From a virus: a stretch of 64,000 nucleotides of DNA. Below, piece after piece: positions 9,608 to 19,181 of the stretch; the first letter of the stretch is position 1, and each line of letters opens with the position of its first letter. The translations under genes were made by a program, and so were the position numbers. The stretch covers positions 16,862 to 80,861 of IMG/VR virus record IMGVR_UViG_3300026097_001455; one strand, given 5' to 3'. The notes beneath the pieces were generated by a model, which saw only the letters and a list, made by a program, of their open reading frames with translations, was not told the DNA's origin and made no database searches.

Positions 9608-10098
9608 TACTTAATTAGATCAAGAATAGCGTTCTTAATATCTTGAGGTAATTTAGTAGGAAATCCTAATTGAGAAAGATTCCAGTTTACCTCGTCATAA
9701 AATGCTATGTCATTAACTGGCGCCCCGCTCTCAAGAGTTCTCTTAATAGCTATGTTTAAAGCCTCATCACTCTTAAGTGATATTGTATTTGCCTGAGCTC
9801 CTTGATATAAGGTGGGGTTGCTGTATAGGTTATCCACAATAGAAGATACGCTTCTTGGTTGATTGGTGCCGTTCATTCCTCCACTAGCGTCTCCACCCAT
9901 AAAATTACCTCCCTGAGTCTCTTGAATAGTTCCAGCCTTTTCTCCAGAAGCTAATTCCGATAGTCTCTTATATTCTTCTGATAGTTTTTCAGCGTTAGTT
10001 TCGTCTCTATCCTCTTTGAATACTTCGTTCTTCTTGTCTAGTGCTTTAGAAAGCTCTAGCATTCTGTTTTTTTCTTTATTCTCCTTGTTCTCTTCCAT
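9607..10098 (-). CDS. Hypothetical protein, probably head-associated
   Basis: Start moved to ATG 10098; SEEYKRLSELA motif. Confidence 0.6.
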   Translation of the reverse strand: MEENKENKEKNRMLELSKALDKKNEVFKEDRDETNAEKLSEEYKRLSELASGEKAGTIQETQGGNFMGGDASGGMNGTNQPRSVSSIVDNLYSNPTLYQGAQANTISLKSDEALNIAIKRTLESGAPVNDIAFYDEVNWNLSQLGFPTKLPQDIKNAILDLIK

Positions 10099-10109
10099 AA
10101 TAATTATTT

Positions 10110-10574
10110 TTACCAAACGATAAACCCTTGGCCAAGATCGCCAGAATAAAACCTAATAGATTTAGGTACAAAAGACTTGTAAATTTTCTCAAGGTCAAAC
10201 TTAGGACTTGTAACCATACTGTTAGTTGAGTTGTTAGGCATTTCATCATCTGGCATGATATTACCATCATCGTCCACTATCTCATTCATATTCGCATCTC
10301 CCTCAGAAGAGTTAGATAAAAAGTCAACAAGAAAATCTCTAAACATATTGCTATACTGCTCCTTGTTAGATTGAACCCAGTTTTTAAATTGTCCTAGCTC
10401 AACTACAGCACTAGCATCCTTTTCGTAGGGTGTAGAGAAATTAAACTTTATGTAGTCATCTTCAACATTAAAGTCAACATCAGTAATATCTTTAACCATA
10501 TCAGGTGATACGTCCATAATATCTTCGTTCTCACTAATGAGAACACTCAAGCATAAGTCTTTTAATTTCTTCAT
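10110..10574 (-). CDS. Acidic hypothetical protein
   Basis: TATTTAT motif at 10589-10595 upstream. Confidence 0.7.
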   Translation of the reverse strand: MKKLKDLCLSVLISENEDIMDVSPDMVKDITDVDFNVEDDYIKFNFSTPYEKDASAVVELGQFKNWVQSNKEQYSNMFRDFLVDFLSNSSEGDANMNEIVDDDGNIMPDDEMPNNSTNSMVTSPKFDLEKIYKSFVPKSIRFYSGDLGQGFIVW

Positions 10575-10612
10575 GAAGCGCTTTTTAAATAAATATGCGG
10601 AAATTAAAGAAA

Positions 10613-10981
10613 CTACAACTTATTTAGACAATCGCTAATGAAATCTGGCTTTACTGTAAAAAGGTTTTTAGACAAAGATTTGGTTTCTGTCTCCTGATAT
10701 GTATCTACTCTCTCGATAATATCAATTTTGCCATATGAGTTTATAGTGCCTCCGCTTTCTATGGCAGTATACGAAGTGCTTTCATGCCAGGGTACAGAGT
10801 GGAGCATTACTGGTGATATATATTCTATAGTACTACTCACAAGCTCTTTGTCGCATTCATTCACAAATTTCCTGTGCATTACATTGTTCTGAACCCTGTA
10901 GTAGCAATTAAGATTACCACCATCATTAAACTCCACAAAATCAGTGAGGTTATTGGTCTTGTCGTAAATACTTATCTTCAT
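10613..10981 (-). CDS. Hypothetical protein
   Basis: 122 aa, coupled. Confidence 0.65.
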   Translation of the reverse strand: MKISIYDKTNNLTDFVEFNDGGNLNCYYRVQNNVMHRKFVNECDKELVSSTIEYISPVMLHSVPWHESTSYTAIESGGTINSYGKIDIIERVDTYQETETKSLSKNLFTVKPDFISDCLNKL

Positions 10982-12936
10982 TACACCTCCTCTGAAAGTC
11001 TTAAGTCCTTGATAGGTCTAAATGATACATCTTTCTCTGTAAGATAATCCATAACAAGTTTCTTAAACCTATCGCTACCTAATTGGTTTGCAAATCCTTT
11101 AACCTGATCGAATTCAATACCATCTCTCTTGTTGTATGTGAATCCAATGGTATATCTCTCCATTTCATCTTCTGGTCTTTCTGGGTCTCTATCATAAGCT
11201 GAGCCTAACAGATATGTTCCCTGAGCTACGTTAGGAGCGTATGCAGAGGCGCTATGACGCATTTCTACACCTTCCTTAATGATCATGCCAGGAGAGTTGT
11301 GTAAAACGATCTCAAGAGGCCCATTGTAATCATCCTCTCCTTTAGTCTCAAGGAAATGGAATTTCTCAACAAATTCCTTAATAGCTCCCATCTTCTCCTC
11401 ATCACTCTTAACCTTGTAATACTTAACTAGCATATCGTGATATTCTACAAGATCATCATACGTCTTGATCTTGTTAAAGTGTCGCTTGGGGTCAAACTCC
11501 ATTATTTCCATCATCATCCTCGCATCATCGTATTCAACGAACGAGAATTCTTTAACATTCTTATAGGTTTTAAAGAAATGCCTTGACTCAAGATATGAGT
11601 CAATAATCTGAAGCACTCTGTCTAGCTCATCAAACTCCATTTTACTTCTAAAGTAAATTGCTTCAATAGCGTGAGTTAACAAGTCAAGATCATGCTTCTG
11701 CAGAAGGGCAATAACTTCTTTCTTTTCATAAAACTTAAAATACTTGATGATTTGCTTATAATCAGCAAATGTATTTATTGTCTTAAATATGAACTTCGAG
11801 ATTGTCCCATCCTCAACAGCGTCAAGAACCTGGTATCCAGAGTCAGTCTTAACAACCTTACCTCCTTTGTAGTTCTTGTTTTCCCTAACCATGTAGTTAG
11901 CGTCAACATCTTCATTCTTAACTTCAAACTTCAGATCATCTTCAGATTTATTCTTTTCATTCTCATACTCGATTCTTTGCTTAGACTTATAAACAAAATC
12001 ATGAGCTTCTTTATTATCTTCATTAACCTCTTCATTAAGCTTATTGATGTATTTAGTTACGAGGAAGTTGAATATCTTAACTGGAGATGTAGCTCCAGAC
12101 TCTTCCATTTCTTTAGAATTAGGTATCTCACACTCAAGCATAAGATCGTATAAAAACTGAGAACCTTTTGTAAGAGCAACTGTAGAAAGATTGCTGTATT
12201 TGATTATGCCAAAAAACACAGACAATAGCTTCTTTACATAAGGAAGCCCTACATCATTTGACCTATTTCTTACAAACTCTAGAAATTCCGAAACAATGCT
12301 TGCATTCTTTGTATCTGAAACAAAATTAGCTAGTCTATTAATGTATAAGTGAAGGCTGAAGAAGTTGATTATCTTGTCTGTGTCCATAGTAAAGAACCTG
12401 TCAACATATTCAATAACTTCATCAAGATCGAACTCAACCTCTGGTTCATCCCCAAATTCTTGGAAGAATAAGTTTTTAGAGTTCTTTTCAAATCTCAGGT
12501 ATTTGATTGATTCTTCAAACACAACTTTAAACTCATTTTCTCCACTTGAATTTGCTCTACTTGCAATTCCTGGACAAACTTTAGCATAGTATATGATAAG
12601 ATCAGTATCGGTCTCTACAAACTCATATCCAGATATAAAAAACTCCCCAACGCTAATTAATTTCTTCTTTGCTTCTGGGTCGTTATATTTCTTTTCGCAG
12701 TGAGGGCATTTAATTTCTCTATCGAATGCAAGTTTAATATCCTTATAAACTCCTTCATAAAGACCTTCTTCGTCATCCTGCATTACATGCTCAAGGTCTA
12801 CCAACTCCTCTTCGTTACTAACAACAAACTGCTCTCCACAGTTGCAAAAGAACCTATCTTCTGTCTTGTTTTCTCTGAAAATAAAGGAATACTCCTTGTC
12901 AATATTTTCTAAATTTATAATCCTATCTTTTACCAT
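10981..12936 (-). CDS. Large PcfJ-like protein with N-terminal Zn-binding motif
   Basis: CNCG...CPHC at the N-terminus; KEGVEMRHSASAY...QVKGFANQ at the C-terminus. Confidence 0.65.
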   Translation of the reverse strand: MVKDRIINLENIDKEYSFIFRENKTEDRFFCNCGEQFVVSNEEELVDLEHVMQDDEEGLYEGVYKDIKLAFDREIKCPHCEKKYNDPEAKKKLISVGEFFISGYEFVETDTDLIIYYAKVCPGIASRANSSGENEFKVVFEESIKYLRFEKNSKNLFFQEFGDEPEVEFDLDEVIEYVDRFFTMDTDKIINFFSLHLYINRLANFVSDTKNASIVSEFLEFVRNRSNDVGLPYVKKLLSVFFGIIKYSNLSTVALTKGSQFLYDLMLECEIPNSKEMEESGATSPVKIFNFLVTKYINKLNEEVNEDNKEAHDFVYKSKQRIEYENEKNKSEDDLKFEVKNEDVDANYMVRENKNYKGGKVVKTDSGYQVLDAVEDGTISKFIFKTINTFADYKQIIKYFKFYEKKEVIALLQKHDLDLLTHAIEAIYFRSKMEFDELDRVLQIIDSYLESRHFFKTYKNVKEFSFVEYDDARMMMEIMEFDPKRHFNKIKTYDDLVEYHDMLVKYYKVKSDEEKMGAIKEFVEKFHFLETKGEDDYNGPLEIVLHNSPGMIIKEGVEMRHSASAYAPNVAQGTYLLGSAYDRDPERPEDEMERYTIGFTYNKRDGIEFDQVKGFANQLGSDRFKKLVMDYLTEKDVSFRPIKDLRLSEEV

Positions 12937-12972
12937 ACTTATTACGTTTTCAAAAATATATTCATTTAATAC

Positions 12973-12998
12973 AAAAAAACCAAGGCTTTCACCTTGGT
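12973..12998 (-). terminator. Intrinsic terminator
   Basis: accaagg/ccttggt stem plus an A7 tract (U-tract on the minus strand). Confidence 0.7.
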
Positions 12999-13029
12999 CT
13001 TATTATAAATGATATGATTGTTTTGCTTA

Positions 13030-13719
13030 TTATAGAAGCTTAGATACTTTCTTAGATTCTTCGTTAATGAAGTTGAATAGCTCTTTTTTGCTTTTAAATG
13101 ACTCTGGTAGTTCAATTCCTTTTGCAATTCTTCCATATGGGTCATCAGCGCTTGGCGCCTTTTCCTTAGCATCAGCTTTCTTCTGACCTGTTGTATGCTT
13201 TTCTCTTCCTTTAATGTCTCCACCAGCCTCAACGTAAGTTTTAGCTCCTTTGTCGCCCTCCTTATCTTGTGAGTTCATTTTAACTTCATCCTTTCTATCT
13301 TCAAAAGGAGTAGAGGCGTCTGTTCCTTGATTTCCTTTTTTAGAATCAAAGTCACTGTTGTGCATTCCTTCAATGTGTGGATTATCAGAGCTTCCTTTTT
13401 TAGTTGAAGATTTAGCGTCTACTTTTGCGGCTGCAGCTATTTCTTCATCATGTCCCTGATCTTTATCTTGCTGATTCATTTTAACATCTGTTGGAATGTC
13501 TGAATTTTCCATGTTAGCTTTCTTCTTTTCAAACTTACCATCAGTGTTTTTAGTATAAGCAGAGCCGTCAGAATTGTCAACTCTATCCATAGCGTTCATC
13601 TTAACATCCATGGTATCACCAGCATCAGTGATCTTATCTGCTTCCTCAGAAATAATTCTAAGAGCTTCTTCTTTAATAAGTTCTTTCAACTCCTTTGGAG
13701 AAATGTTTATCTTATCCAT
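13030..13719 (-). CDS. Disordered repeat protein, probably internal head protein
   Basis: Start moved to ATG 13719; three [DE]VKMNxxD repeats; terminal ELKELIKEEA and ELFNFINEES helices. Confidence 0.65.
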   Translation of the reverse strand: MDKINISPKELKELIKEEALRIISEEADKITDAGDTMDVKMNAMDRVDNSDGSAYTKNTDGKFEKKKANMENSDIPTDVKMNQQDKDQGHDEEIAAAAKVDAKSSTKKGSSDNPHIEGMHNSDFDSKKGNQGTDASTPFEDRKDEVKMNSQDKEGDKGAKTYVEAGGDIKGREKHTTGQKKADAKEKAPSADDPYGRIAKGIELPESFKSKKELFNFINEESKKVSKLL

Positions 13720-13775
13720 TGTATTGCAATTTTTATATAAATATGGAAGAAAACGCAAAATTCACCCCTTCTACA

Positions 13776-13802
13776 AAACTTTTTTATTATATTTGCGTAT
13801 AA
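13776..13802 (+). promoter_or_regulatory. Overlapping promoters of infC: TATATTTG (-7 type) and AAC-N16-CGTATAA
   Basis: TATATTTG at 13788-13795; AAAC at 13776-13779 and CGTATAA at 13796-13802. Confidence 0.5.
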
Positions 13803-13834
13803 GTACTAACCTATAATTAAAAAGACGTACACTA

Positions 13835-14386
13835 ATGGCGAACAATAGAGGGCGAAATAGAGGTCGAAAAAGAGATAGAGGACCTAAGCATAAAATAAAC
13901 GATAAGATCAGATACCCAGAAGTAAGAGTTGTTGAAGGTATTGATACTGGAATTTACGATACCTCTGAGGCTCTAAGAGAAGCTGAAGACCTTGGCTTGG
14001 ACCTTGTTCTAATAACTGAGAATGCTAAACCACCAGTTTGCAAGGTGATTGATTACAAAAAATTCTTGTATGAAGAAAAGAAAAAGCAGAAAGAGCAAGA
14101 AAAAAATCAAATCAAAGTTGTTGTAAAAGAAGTTAGATTGTCTCCAAACATAGGAGATCATGATTTTGATGTGGTTAAGAAAAGGGCTCACGGCTTCCTA
14201 GAAGATGGGAATAAGGTAAAGGTGACTTTAAGATTTAAAGGCAGAAACATTGTTTTTAAAGAAAGAGGTGAAGAGGTAATGCTTAGATTTGCAGACGAGC
14301 TTAGCGAAGTAGGCGTTCCAGAGTCTATGCCTAAACTACAGAACAGGCAAATGATCTTTACAATAAAGCCAAAAAAGAAAAAATGA
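13835..14386 (+). CDS. infC: Translation initiation factor IF-3
   Basis: INDKIRYPEVRVV...LDLVLITENAKPPVCKVIDYKKFLYE...KEVRLSPNIGDHDFD...KVKVTLRFKGR. Confidence 0.95.
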   Translation: MANNRGRNRGRKRDRGPKHKINDKIRYPEVRVVEGIDTGIYDTSEALREAEDLGLDLVLITENAKPPVCKVIDYKKFLYEEKKKQKEQEKNQIKVVVKEVRLSPNIGDHDFDVVKKRAHGFLEDGNKVKVTLRFKGRNIVFKERGEEVMLRFADELSEVGVPESMPKLQNRQMIFTIKPKKKK

Positions 14387-14898
14387 GTAACAAAGAAGAA
14401 AAGTTTAAGCTTTGGCCGACTATATCACCATCAGACAAACAGGTGAAATCAGTTGTGGGAGAAGCTACTTGGGAGAGCATGAAAAGCAATGCGTTCAGAA
14501 GAGATAACTATACCTGTCAAGGGTGTACATTTGAGCCTTATGAAGTTCCTCCAGAGGAAGTTCTTGATATACATGTTGTTTCTGTTGATGAGAGTAATCC
14601 AGAGAACTCAGAAGTAAGAACGACTTGTATGTTATGTCATTTTATAGAACATATTGACGCAGCTCTGGCGAAAGGTTATGTTGATCTGGTTAATAGCCAC
14701 TTTTCTCAAGGTCAGATTATAAACATATGCCGCAACAATTCTTTAAGTGATCACATAGAGAATGGTGACATTAGATACATAAAAAAATCTCCTCAAGAAT
14801 ATCTTGAAGAGATTAAATCTGGTATCGCCAAAGAAGGACGTGTAAAAGTTGTATTCACGGAAAAGTTTATGCGTGAAATGGGTATAATGAGTGATTAA
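14383..14898 (+). CDS. HNH-fold Zn-binding protein, IcmJ/DotN-like
   Basis: RDNYTCQGC...TTCMLCHFIEH...FSQGQIINICR. Confidence 0.55.
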   Translation: MSNKEEKFKLWPTISPSDKQVKSVVGEATWESMKSNAFRRDNYTCQGCTFEPYEVPPEEVLDIHVVSVDESNPENSEVRTTCMLCHFIEHIDAALAKGYVDLVNSHFSQGQIINICRNNSLSDHIENGDIRYIKKSPQEYLEEIKSGIAKEGRVKVVFTEKFMREMGIMSD

Positions 14899-15713
14899 GA
14901 CTTCTTAATCTTCACTGGAACCATTTTGTAAAACTTTCCATCTTGTCCTTTGACAACTTGGTATCCGTCTTTAGTTTTGGTGTAATTTTCGTAAGTTAGT
15001 TTTCCTTTAGTTTTTTCTGTGTAGCTATCAAGAACATCTGAAATTGTATTTCTTGCAATCTGCTCCATCATTTTCTTCATGTTGTTGAAGTCAAAGTTAG
15101 GTTGTCCTTGAGTTTGCTGATCTCCCATGACATTTGCCATTTGATTTGCACTAGCCTTAGAAGCATACTGTAAATATTCACTATCGTTCTGCATCTTAGA
15201 CCTTTTCTCTGCCATCATTCTTTGTGGATTGAATTCTGGTACGTATCCATTATCATCAACACTCAAGTCTGGTTGCGATGTATTTGCAGCATTTGGGTTG
15301 TAAGTAGGAGTTGAGTATGAACCTCCGCCTCCACCTCCGAACATAGCGTCAATAGCGTCTAACTCAGAGTTTCCACTACTTTTTGGCTTTGGTGGCAACC
15401 CAGCATCTGGATTAATCTTATAGCTTGGGTCGCTTACACTGTTGTTAGGGTTGTTAGGATTTTTTTTCATCTTAGGCTCTGGAATACCTTGAAAACCCCC
15501 TGGGCCTGCTCCGTTCTTTTTAGCATTAACAAGGTTTGACATATCACCTCTCTTAGCACCGCTTTTAAGAGCCTGAAGCCTTGAGTGCATGTCTGAATTT
15601 TGAGCTGTAACTGGAACGTGTGCTGTTCCTCCCTCATTCAAAGGGACTTCTGTGATAGGCATTGGTATACCCGCTTTTTTAGCTCTTGCTCTTTTTTCTT
15701 CTAATGTTGGCAT
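14895..15713 (-). CDS. Low-complexity hypothetical protein
   Basis: 272 aa, N/G/P/M-rich. Confidence 0.7.
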   Translation of the reverse strand: MPTLEEKRARAKKAGIPMPITEVPLNEGGTAHVPVTAQNSDMHSRLQALKSGAKRGDMSNLVNAKKNGAGPGGFQGIPEPKMKKNPNNPNNSVSDPSYKINPDAGLPPKPKSSGNSELDAIDAMFGGGGGGSYSTPTYNPNAANTSQPDLSVDDNGYVPEFNPQRMMAEKRSKMQNDSEYLQYASKASANQMANVMGDQQTQGQPNFDFNNMKKMMEQIARNTISDVLDSYTEKTKGKLTYENYTKTKDGYQVVKGQDGKFYKMVPVKIKKS

Positions 15714-15727
15714 AATATTGTTTTTAA

Positions 15728-16195
15728 TTAGTCCTCTTCCTCTTCGCCTTCTCTTATCCTTCTAGCTTCTTCTTCAGTTATTTTTTTAAACTTAAGTCTT
15801 TCAGCTGTATTTAGCTCTCTTATATTAGAGATCACAAAGTCATGAAAAAATCTAAATTTTTTGTATTTTGTTTCACCCTCTGGGTTTCTAACTTCATCAT
15901 TGGTAGCTTCTTCATCGACCTCTTCCTCTTTAAATATCCTTAAAAATAATTCATACTCATTTGGCTTCATATCCGCCTTTACTGTAAGTACGCCTTTTTT
16001 TTCTCTACCAAACTTTCTGAACCTAACTCCTCTGCCGATCATCTCAAAAACCATATCTTTAAGGTCTATATAACTGGCCTGTTCTATTTCTGAATAACTA
16101 ATCCAGTCTCCATAGAACTCTTCAAAAGTATTCATTGGATATTTGTAATGGATGTCGATAAGTATTGGTGTTGTACCTTTTCTATTTTTTGCCAT
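15728..16195 (-). CDS. Hypothetical protein
   Basis: 155 aa ATG ORF. Confidence 0.7.
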   Translation of the reverse strand: MAKNRKGTTPILIDIHYKYPMNTFEEFYGDWISYSEIEQASYIDLKDMVFEMIGRGVRFRKFGREKKGVLTVKADMKPNEYELFLRIFKEEEVDEEATNDEVRNPEGETKYKKFRFFHDFVISNIRELNTAERLKFKKITEEEARRIREGEEEED

Positions 16196-16472
16196 AACTT
16201 AAAATAACTGCTTCTGCACCTTCAGAATCCCACCAAACGTAAAACTCTTCGTTTCTCTTAGGGTGCAAGAAAAATAATCTATCAATTTCTTTCTTGTACT
16301 TCGCTCTCTTGAACGTTTTTTTAAGTTTATCCACTTGATCTTGGATGTACTCATCCTCGGTATCAATGCTAAGCAAATCATCTTTAGTTTCTTTTAGGTC
16401 GTCAGTAAACCACCTAAGAATCTCTTTTCTGTAGACTTTTTGATTGTCTATTATTTGCTGAATAGTATGCAT
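16182..16472 (-). CDS. Hypothetical protein
   Basis: ATG 16472 preferred over the alternative start at 16481. Confidence 0.6.
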   Translation of the reverse strand: MHTIQQIIDNQKVYRKEILRWFTDDLKETKDDLLSIDTEDEYIQDQVDKLKKTFKRAKYKKEIDRLFFLHPKRNEEFYVWWDSEGAEAVILSYGKK

Positions 16473-16529
16473 AAACTTCAAAAGAAATATAATACAACAG
16501 CTATCTAAAGTAAATAGTTATGAATGTAA

Positions 16530-17192
16530 TTATGCTTCAGGGATTGGTTCTTCACCCCCTGCTGCTGGCTCCTGTGGCTCTGGTTCTTTATCAACTGGGT
16601 CACCTCCAGGTTTTCCTGGAATTATAGTGAGCTTTTCTCTCCAATCTTTTTGCCAAGCATCATAATGGCTATAGAGTTTCTCTACTAATCTTTTATTACC
16701 AGAAGTAACCAAAAGGTCTTCGGTGTTTATAACAAGACCGTCTTTTAGAGAATAAGCCCAGCTTAGAGTTCCTTCTCTTCCCATTTTAATTTGTCCAGAT
16801 GCTCCAGCCTCAATTCCATCTTGTCCTACAGACATCTTAAGAGAGTATCCATTAGATTGCGTATCAAATACAACAGAAGCGCCATCAACCTCTTGAAGCA
16901 TTTGTTCGAAAGAGTTTTCAAACTCAGCTATTTCAGAAGACGTGATCTGTGGAATTCCGCTACCGTAGCTTTCTCTTATTGTTGTAGAAATAAGTTTATT
17001 TCCGTTCTTGTCTTCTTCTGGCTTATCTCCTCCGTAAAAAACAGCATATTCAAGCTCTTCTTCAGACAACCCCTTTGGCTTAAAGGTTCTGCTTCTAGCT
17101 TTCTTTTTTTTCTGAGCGCTATCTTTAAGAGTTTCAAAAGCAAGAGACTGAATCTCCTGTCTGATCATTTCTAATAAATCGTTTCTAGTCAT
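16530..17192 (-). CDS. Hypothetical protein, probably head-associated
   Basis: N-terminal LLEMIRQEI helix. Confidence 0.7.
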   Translation of the reverse strand: MTRNDLLEMIRQEIQSLAFETLKDSAQKKKKARSRTFKPKGLSEEELEYAVFYGGDKPEEDKNGNKLISTTIRESYGSGIPQITSSEIAEFENSFEQMLQEVDGASVVFDTQSNGYSLKMSVGQDGIEAGASGQIKMGREGTLSWAYSLKDGLVINTEDLLVTSGNKRLVEKLYSHYDAWQKDWREKLTIIPGKPGGDPVDKEPEPQEPAAGGEEPIPEA

Positions 17193-17193
17193 A

Positions 17194-17418
17194 TTAAATC
17201 TGGTTTATCCACATGCCTTTCTTTTCCCACATCCACCTGTGATACTTAAGCATGGTTTTTTTAATTAAGTCTTTGACTTCTTTACTGGTCATGACGTCCT
17301 TAACAGCTTTCTCAGCTTCATCTTGAGCTATTTTTTTAACATCCTTATCATCAGGCATGTTTCTCAACTCGCTCTTAAGAACATCTTTCACTATACTCCT
17401 AACCTCTTTCTTGGTCAT
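17194..17418 (-). CDS. Small hypothetical protein
   Basis: EVRSIVKDVL N-terminus; Trp-rich C-terminus. Confidence 0.7.
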   Translation of the reverse strand: MTKKEVRSIVKDVLKSELRNMPDDKDVKKIAQDEAEKAVKDVMTSKEVKDLIKKTMLKYHRWMWEKKGMWINQI

Positions 17419-18323
17419 TACTCATTAATTTTTTCTTTAACTCGGTTAAGCATTTCAAAAAGTCTTTCATCTGGATAGGTGTCCTGCTTATCTCTTCTTA
17501 TGCTTGTATGGCTCCAGATACCTGGGGTTTTGTTCTTATATAAGTCCTGACTGTATTCGAGCCACTCTCTATCGAATTCGATATTTTGTACTGGTATTTT
17601 GTATTCCTTAACCATCCAAATAATAAGCTTTTCAAGAGATTTTATTTGCTTGTCAGAATACTTGTGGTAATACTTATCACCTCTCCACTTATCTTCAAGC
17701 GTGTATACTTCGTCTTCTGGAACCTGTCCTCCATAAACGTTATAGAACTTATCTCCTTTTTTAGTAAGTCTTCCCCAGGCGCAAATCTCAACACCTATTG
17801 AATGCTTATCAAGCTTACCTTTAGTTCCTTTTGCTCCAAGATGGTAACTCCAATAGTCTGGATTGTGAGCTTCATATACCTTTCCATCTTCTTCTCCTCT
17901 ACCACTTATTACAAATGCGGTAGCAATTCTTGGAGCGTTTCCGTCCCAGTATTTAATAACTCTCTTAGCATCAGGTCCACTTACTGTGTAGTGTATGAAA
18001 ATCTTATCTTTATCAAATACTTGCTTAATATATTGCTCTGGACCCATGTGATGATCTGCATCAACATCTAATCCTGGATAGTCTTTTGATCTGCTAGAAT
18101 CTTTATCTTCCTTTGAAGTTCTTTTTTGAGCAGCTTTAAGAGCAGCAAAAGTTTTAGGACCAGCAATTCCATCTACTACAAGTCCATACTTCTTCTGAAA
18201 TGCTTTAAGTGACCTCAAAGTTTTCGGCCCTAGATCGCCATCAATTACAAGATCATACCCTAACATGGATAATAATTTTTGTAACTTAGATACCTCTGCG
18301 CCTTTGTCTCCCAATGTAACCAT
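17418..18323 (-). CDS. Endolysin: peptidoglycan-binding domain plus N-acetylmuramoyl-L-alanine amidase (Amidase_2)
   Basis: LGDKGAEVSKLQ...FQKKYGLVVDGIAGPKT; IFIHYT, SIGVEI, WSHTSIRRDKQD Zn-amidase motifs. Confidence 0.9.
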   Translation of the reverse strand: MVTLGDKGAEVSKLQKLLSMLGYDLVIDGDLGPKTLRSLKAFQKKYGLVVDGIAGPKTFAALKAAQKRTSKEDKDSSRSKDYPGLDVDADHHMGPEQYIKQVFDKDKIFIHYTVSGPDAKRVIKYWDGNAPRIATAFVISGRGEEDGKVYEAHNPDYWSYHLGAKGTKGKLDKHSIGVEICAWGRLTKKGDKFYNVYGGQVPEDEVYTLEDKWRGDKYYHKYSDKQIKSLEKLIIWMVKEYKIPVQNIEFDREWLEYSQDLYKNKTPGIWSHTSIRRDKQDTYPDERLFEMLNRVKEKINE

Positions 18324-18381
18324 AAATCAATTTTATTATAAATAGGTAGAAAACTGGTGTTTTTAAGATTTAAAGCAAAAT

Positions 18382-18407
18382 AAAAAAGCCCCCAAACTGG
18401 AGGCTTT
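18382..18407 (-). terminator. Intrinsic terminator
   Basis: aaagcc...ggcttt stem with A-tract. Confidence 0.55.
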
Positions 18408-18433
18408 AATATTATATATAGACTTTAGTCTTA

Positions 18434-19036
18434 TTACTTATTGTTTGAATTAAGCTTTTCTAATTCAGCTTGAAGTGCTTTCTTCTCGTTTTCAAGAACT
18501 ACTTTTTTCTTAAACTTAAGAGCTTCTTCTCTTACAATGCTTCTAAACTCGTCAATGCTAATTTGCTTTCCTTCGTTTTTTCCACCTGTCCAACCCTTAC
18601 GTCCTGAACCTGCTCCAGATGCAACGTCTGTAAAACTTGCTCCACCCTTCTGTGCTTGTTTCTTAAATGTATTTAAGTCCATAGGCTCAGCAACAACGTT
18701 TAAATCCTTGTAAAGAAGGTGAACATCGTTTTTATCTTTGATTCCATATTGCTTAGCAATCTTTCCAACTTGCTGTCTTGCAAGTTTCTTTAACTGGTCT
18801 GTAGCCTCAGAGTATGCTTCTACATTGTAGCTTTTATAAGCTTGCTGCATTTTGTCATACAAATCTTTGTTATTAGCAATAAATGCATTCTTTGCCTTTT
18901 TGAATTTATTTCCAAAGAGTTCGTCTAACTGCTCTCCTTCTTCGTAAGATTCTTCAATATTTTTGGCCATTAATTTCTCAGCTTCTTCCTTAACAAGGTT
19001 TCTGAATTCTTCAATAGTGATTTCTTTTTTTGCCAT
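18434..19036 (-). CDS. Hypothetical protein with duplicated terminal helix, probably internal head protein
   Basis: Start moved to ATG 19036; ITIEEFRNLVKEEA and ISIDEFRSIVREEA. Confidence 0.7.
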   Translation of the reverse strand: MAKKEITIEEFRNLVKEEAEKLMAKNIEESYEEGEQLDELFGNKFKKAKNAFIANNKDLYDKMQQAYKSYNVEAYSEATDQLKKLARQQVGKIAKQYGIKDKNDVHLLYKDLNVVAEPMDLNTFKKQAQKGGASFTDVASGAGSGRKGWTGGKNEGKQISIDEFRSIVREEALKFKKKVVLENEKKALQAELEKLNSNNK

Positions 19037-19126
19037 AGCGGTATTTTGTTTCAATAATTTCTTAACAATCATTTCCAATAAATATGCTGAAAAAAACAAA
19101 ATACAATTACTATTTATAGTTAATGT

Positions 19127-19155
19127 TGTAACATTTTTCTAAATATGTCGTATAA
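19127..19155 (+). promoter_or_regulatory. Putative ECF-like promoter TGTAAC-N16-CGTATAA
   Basis: Same spacing as the motif upstream of infC. Confidence 0.45.
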
Positions 19156-19181
19156 CAAGAAAAACCAACAAGATTAAAATT

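Noticed and set aside
14383-14898. Type IVB secretion system
   Set aside because: Only a single DotN-like gene; no other Dot/Icm components.
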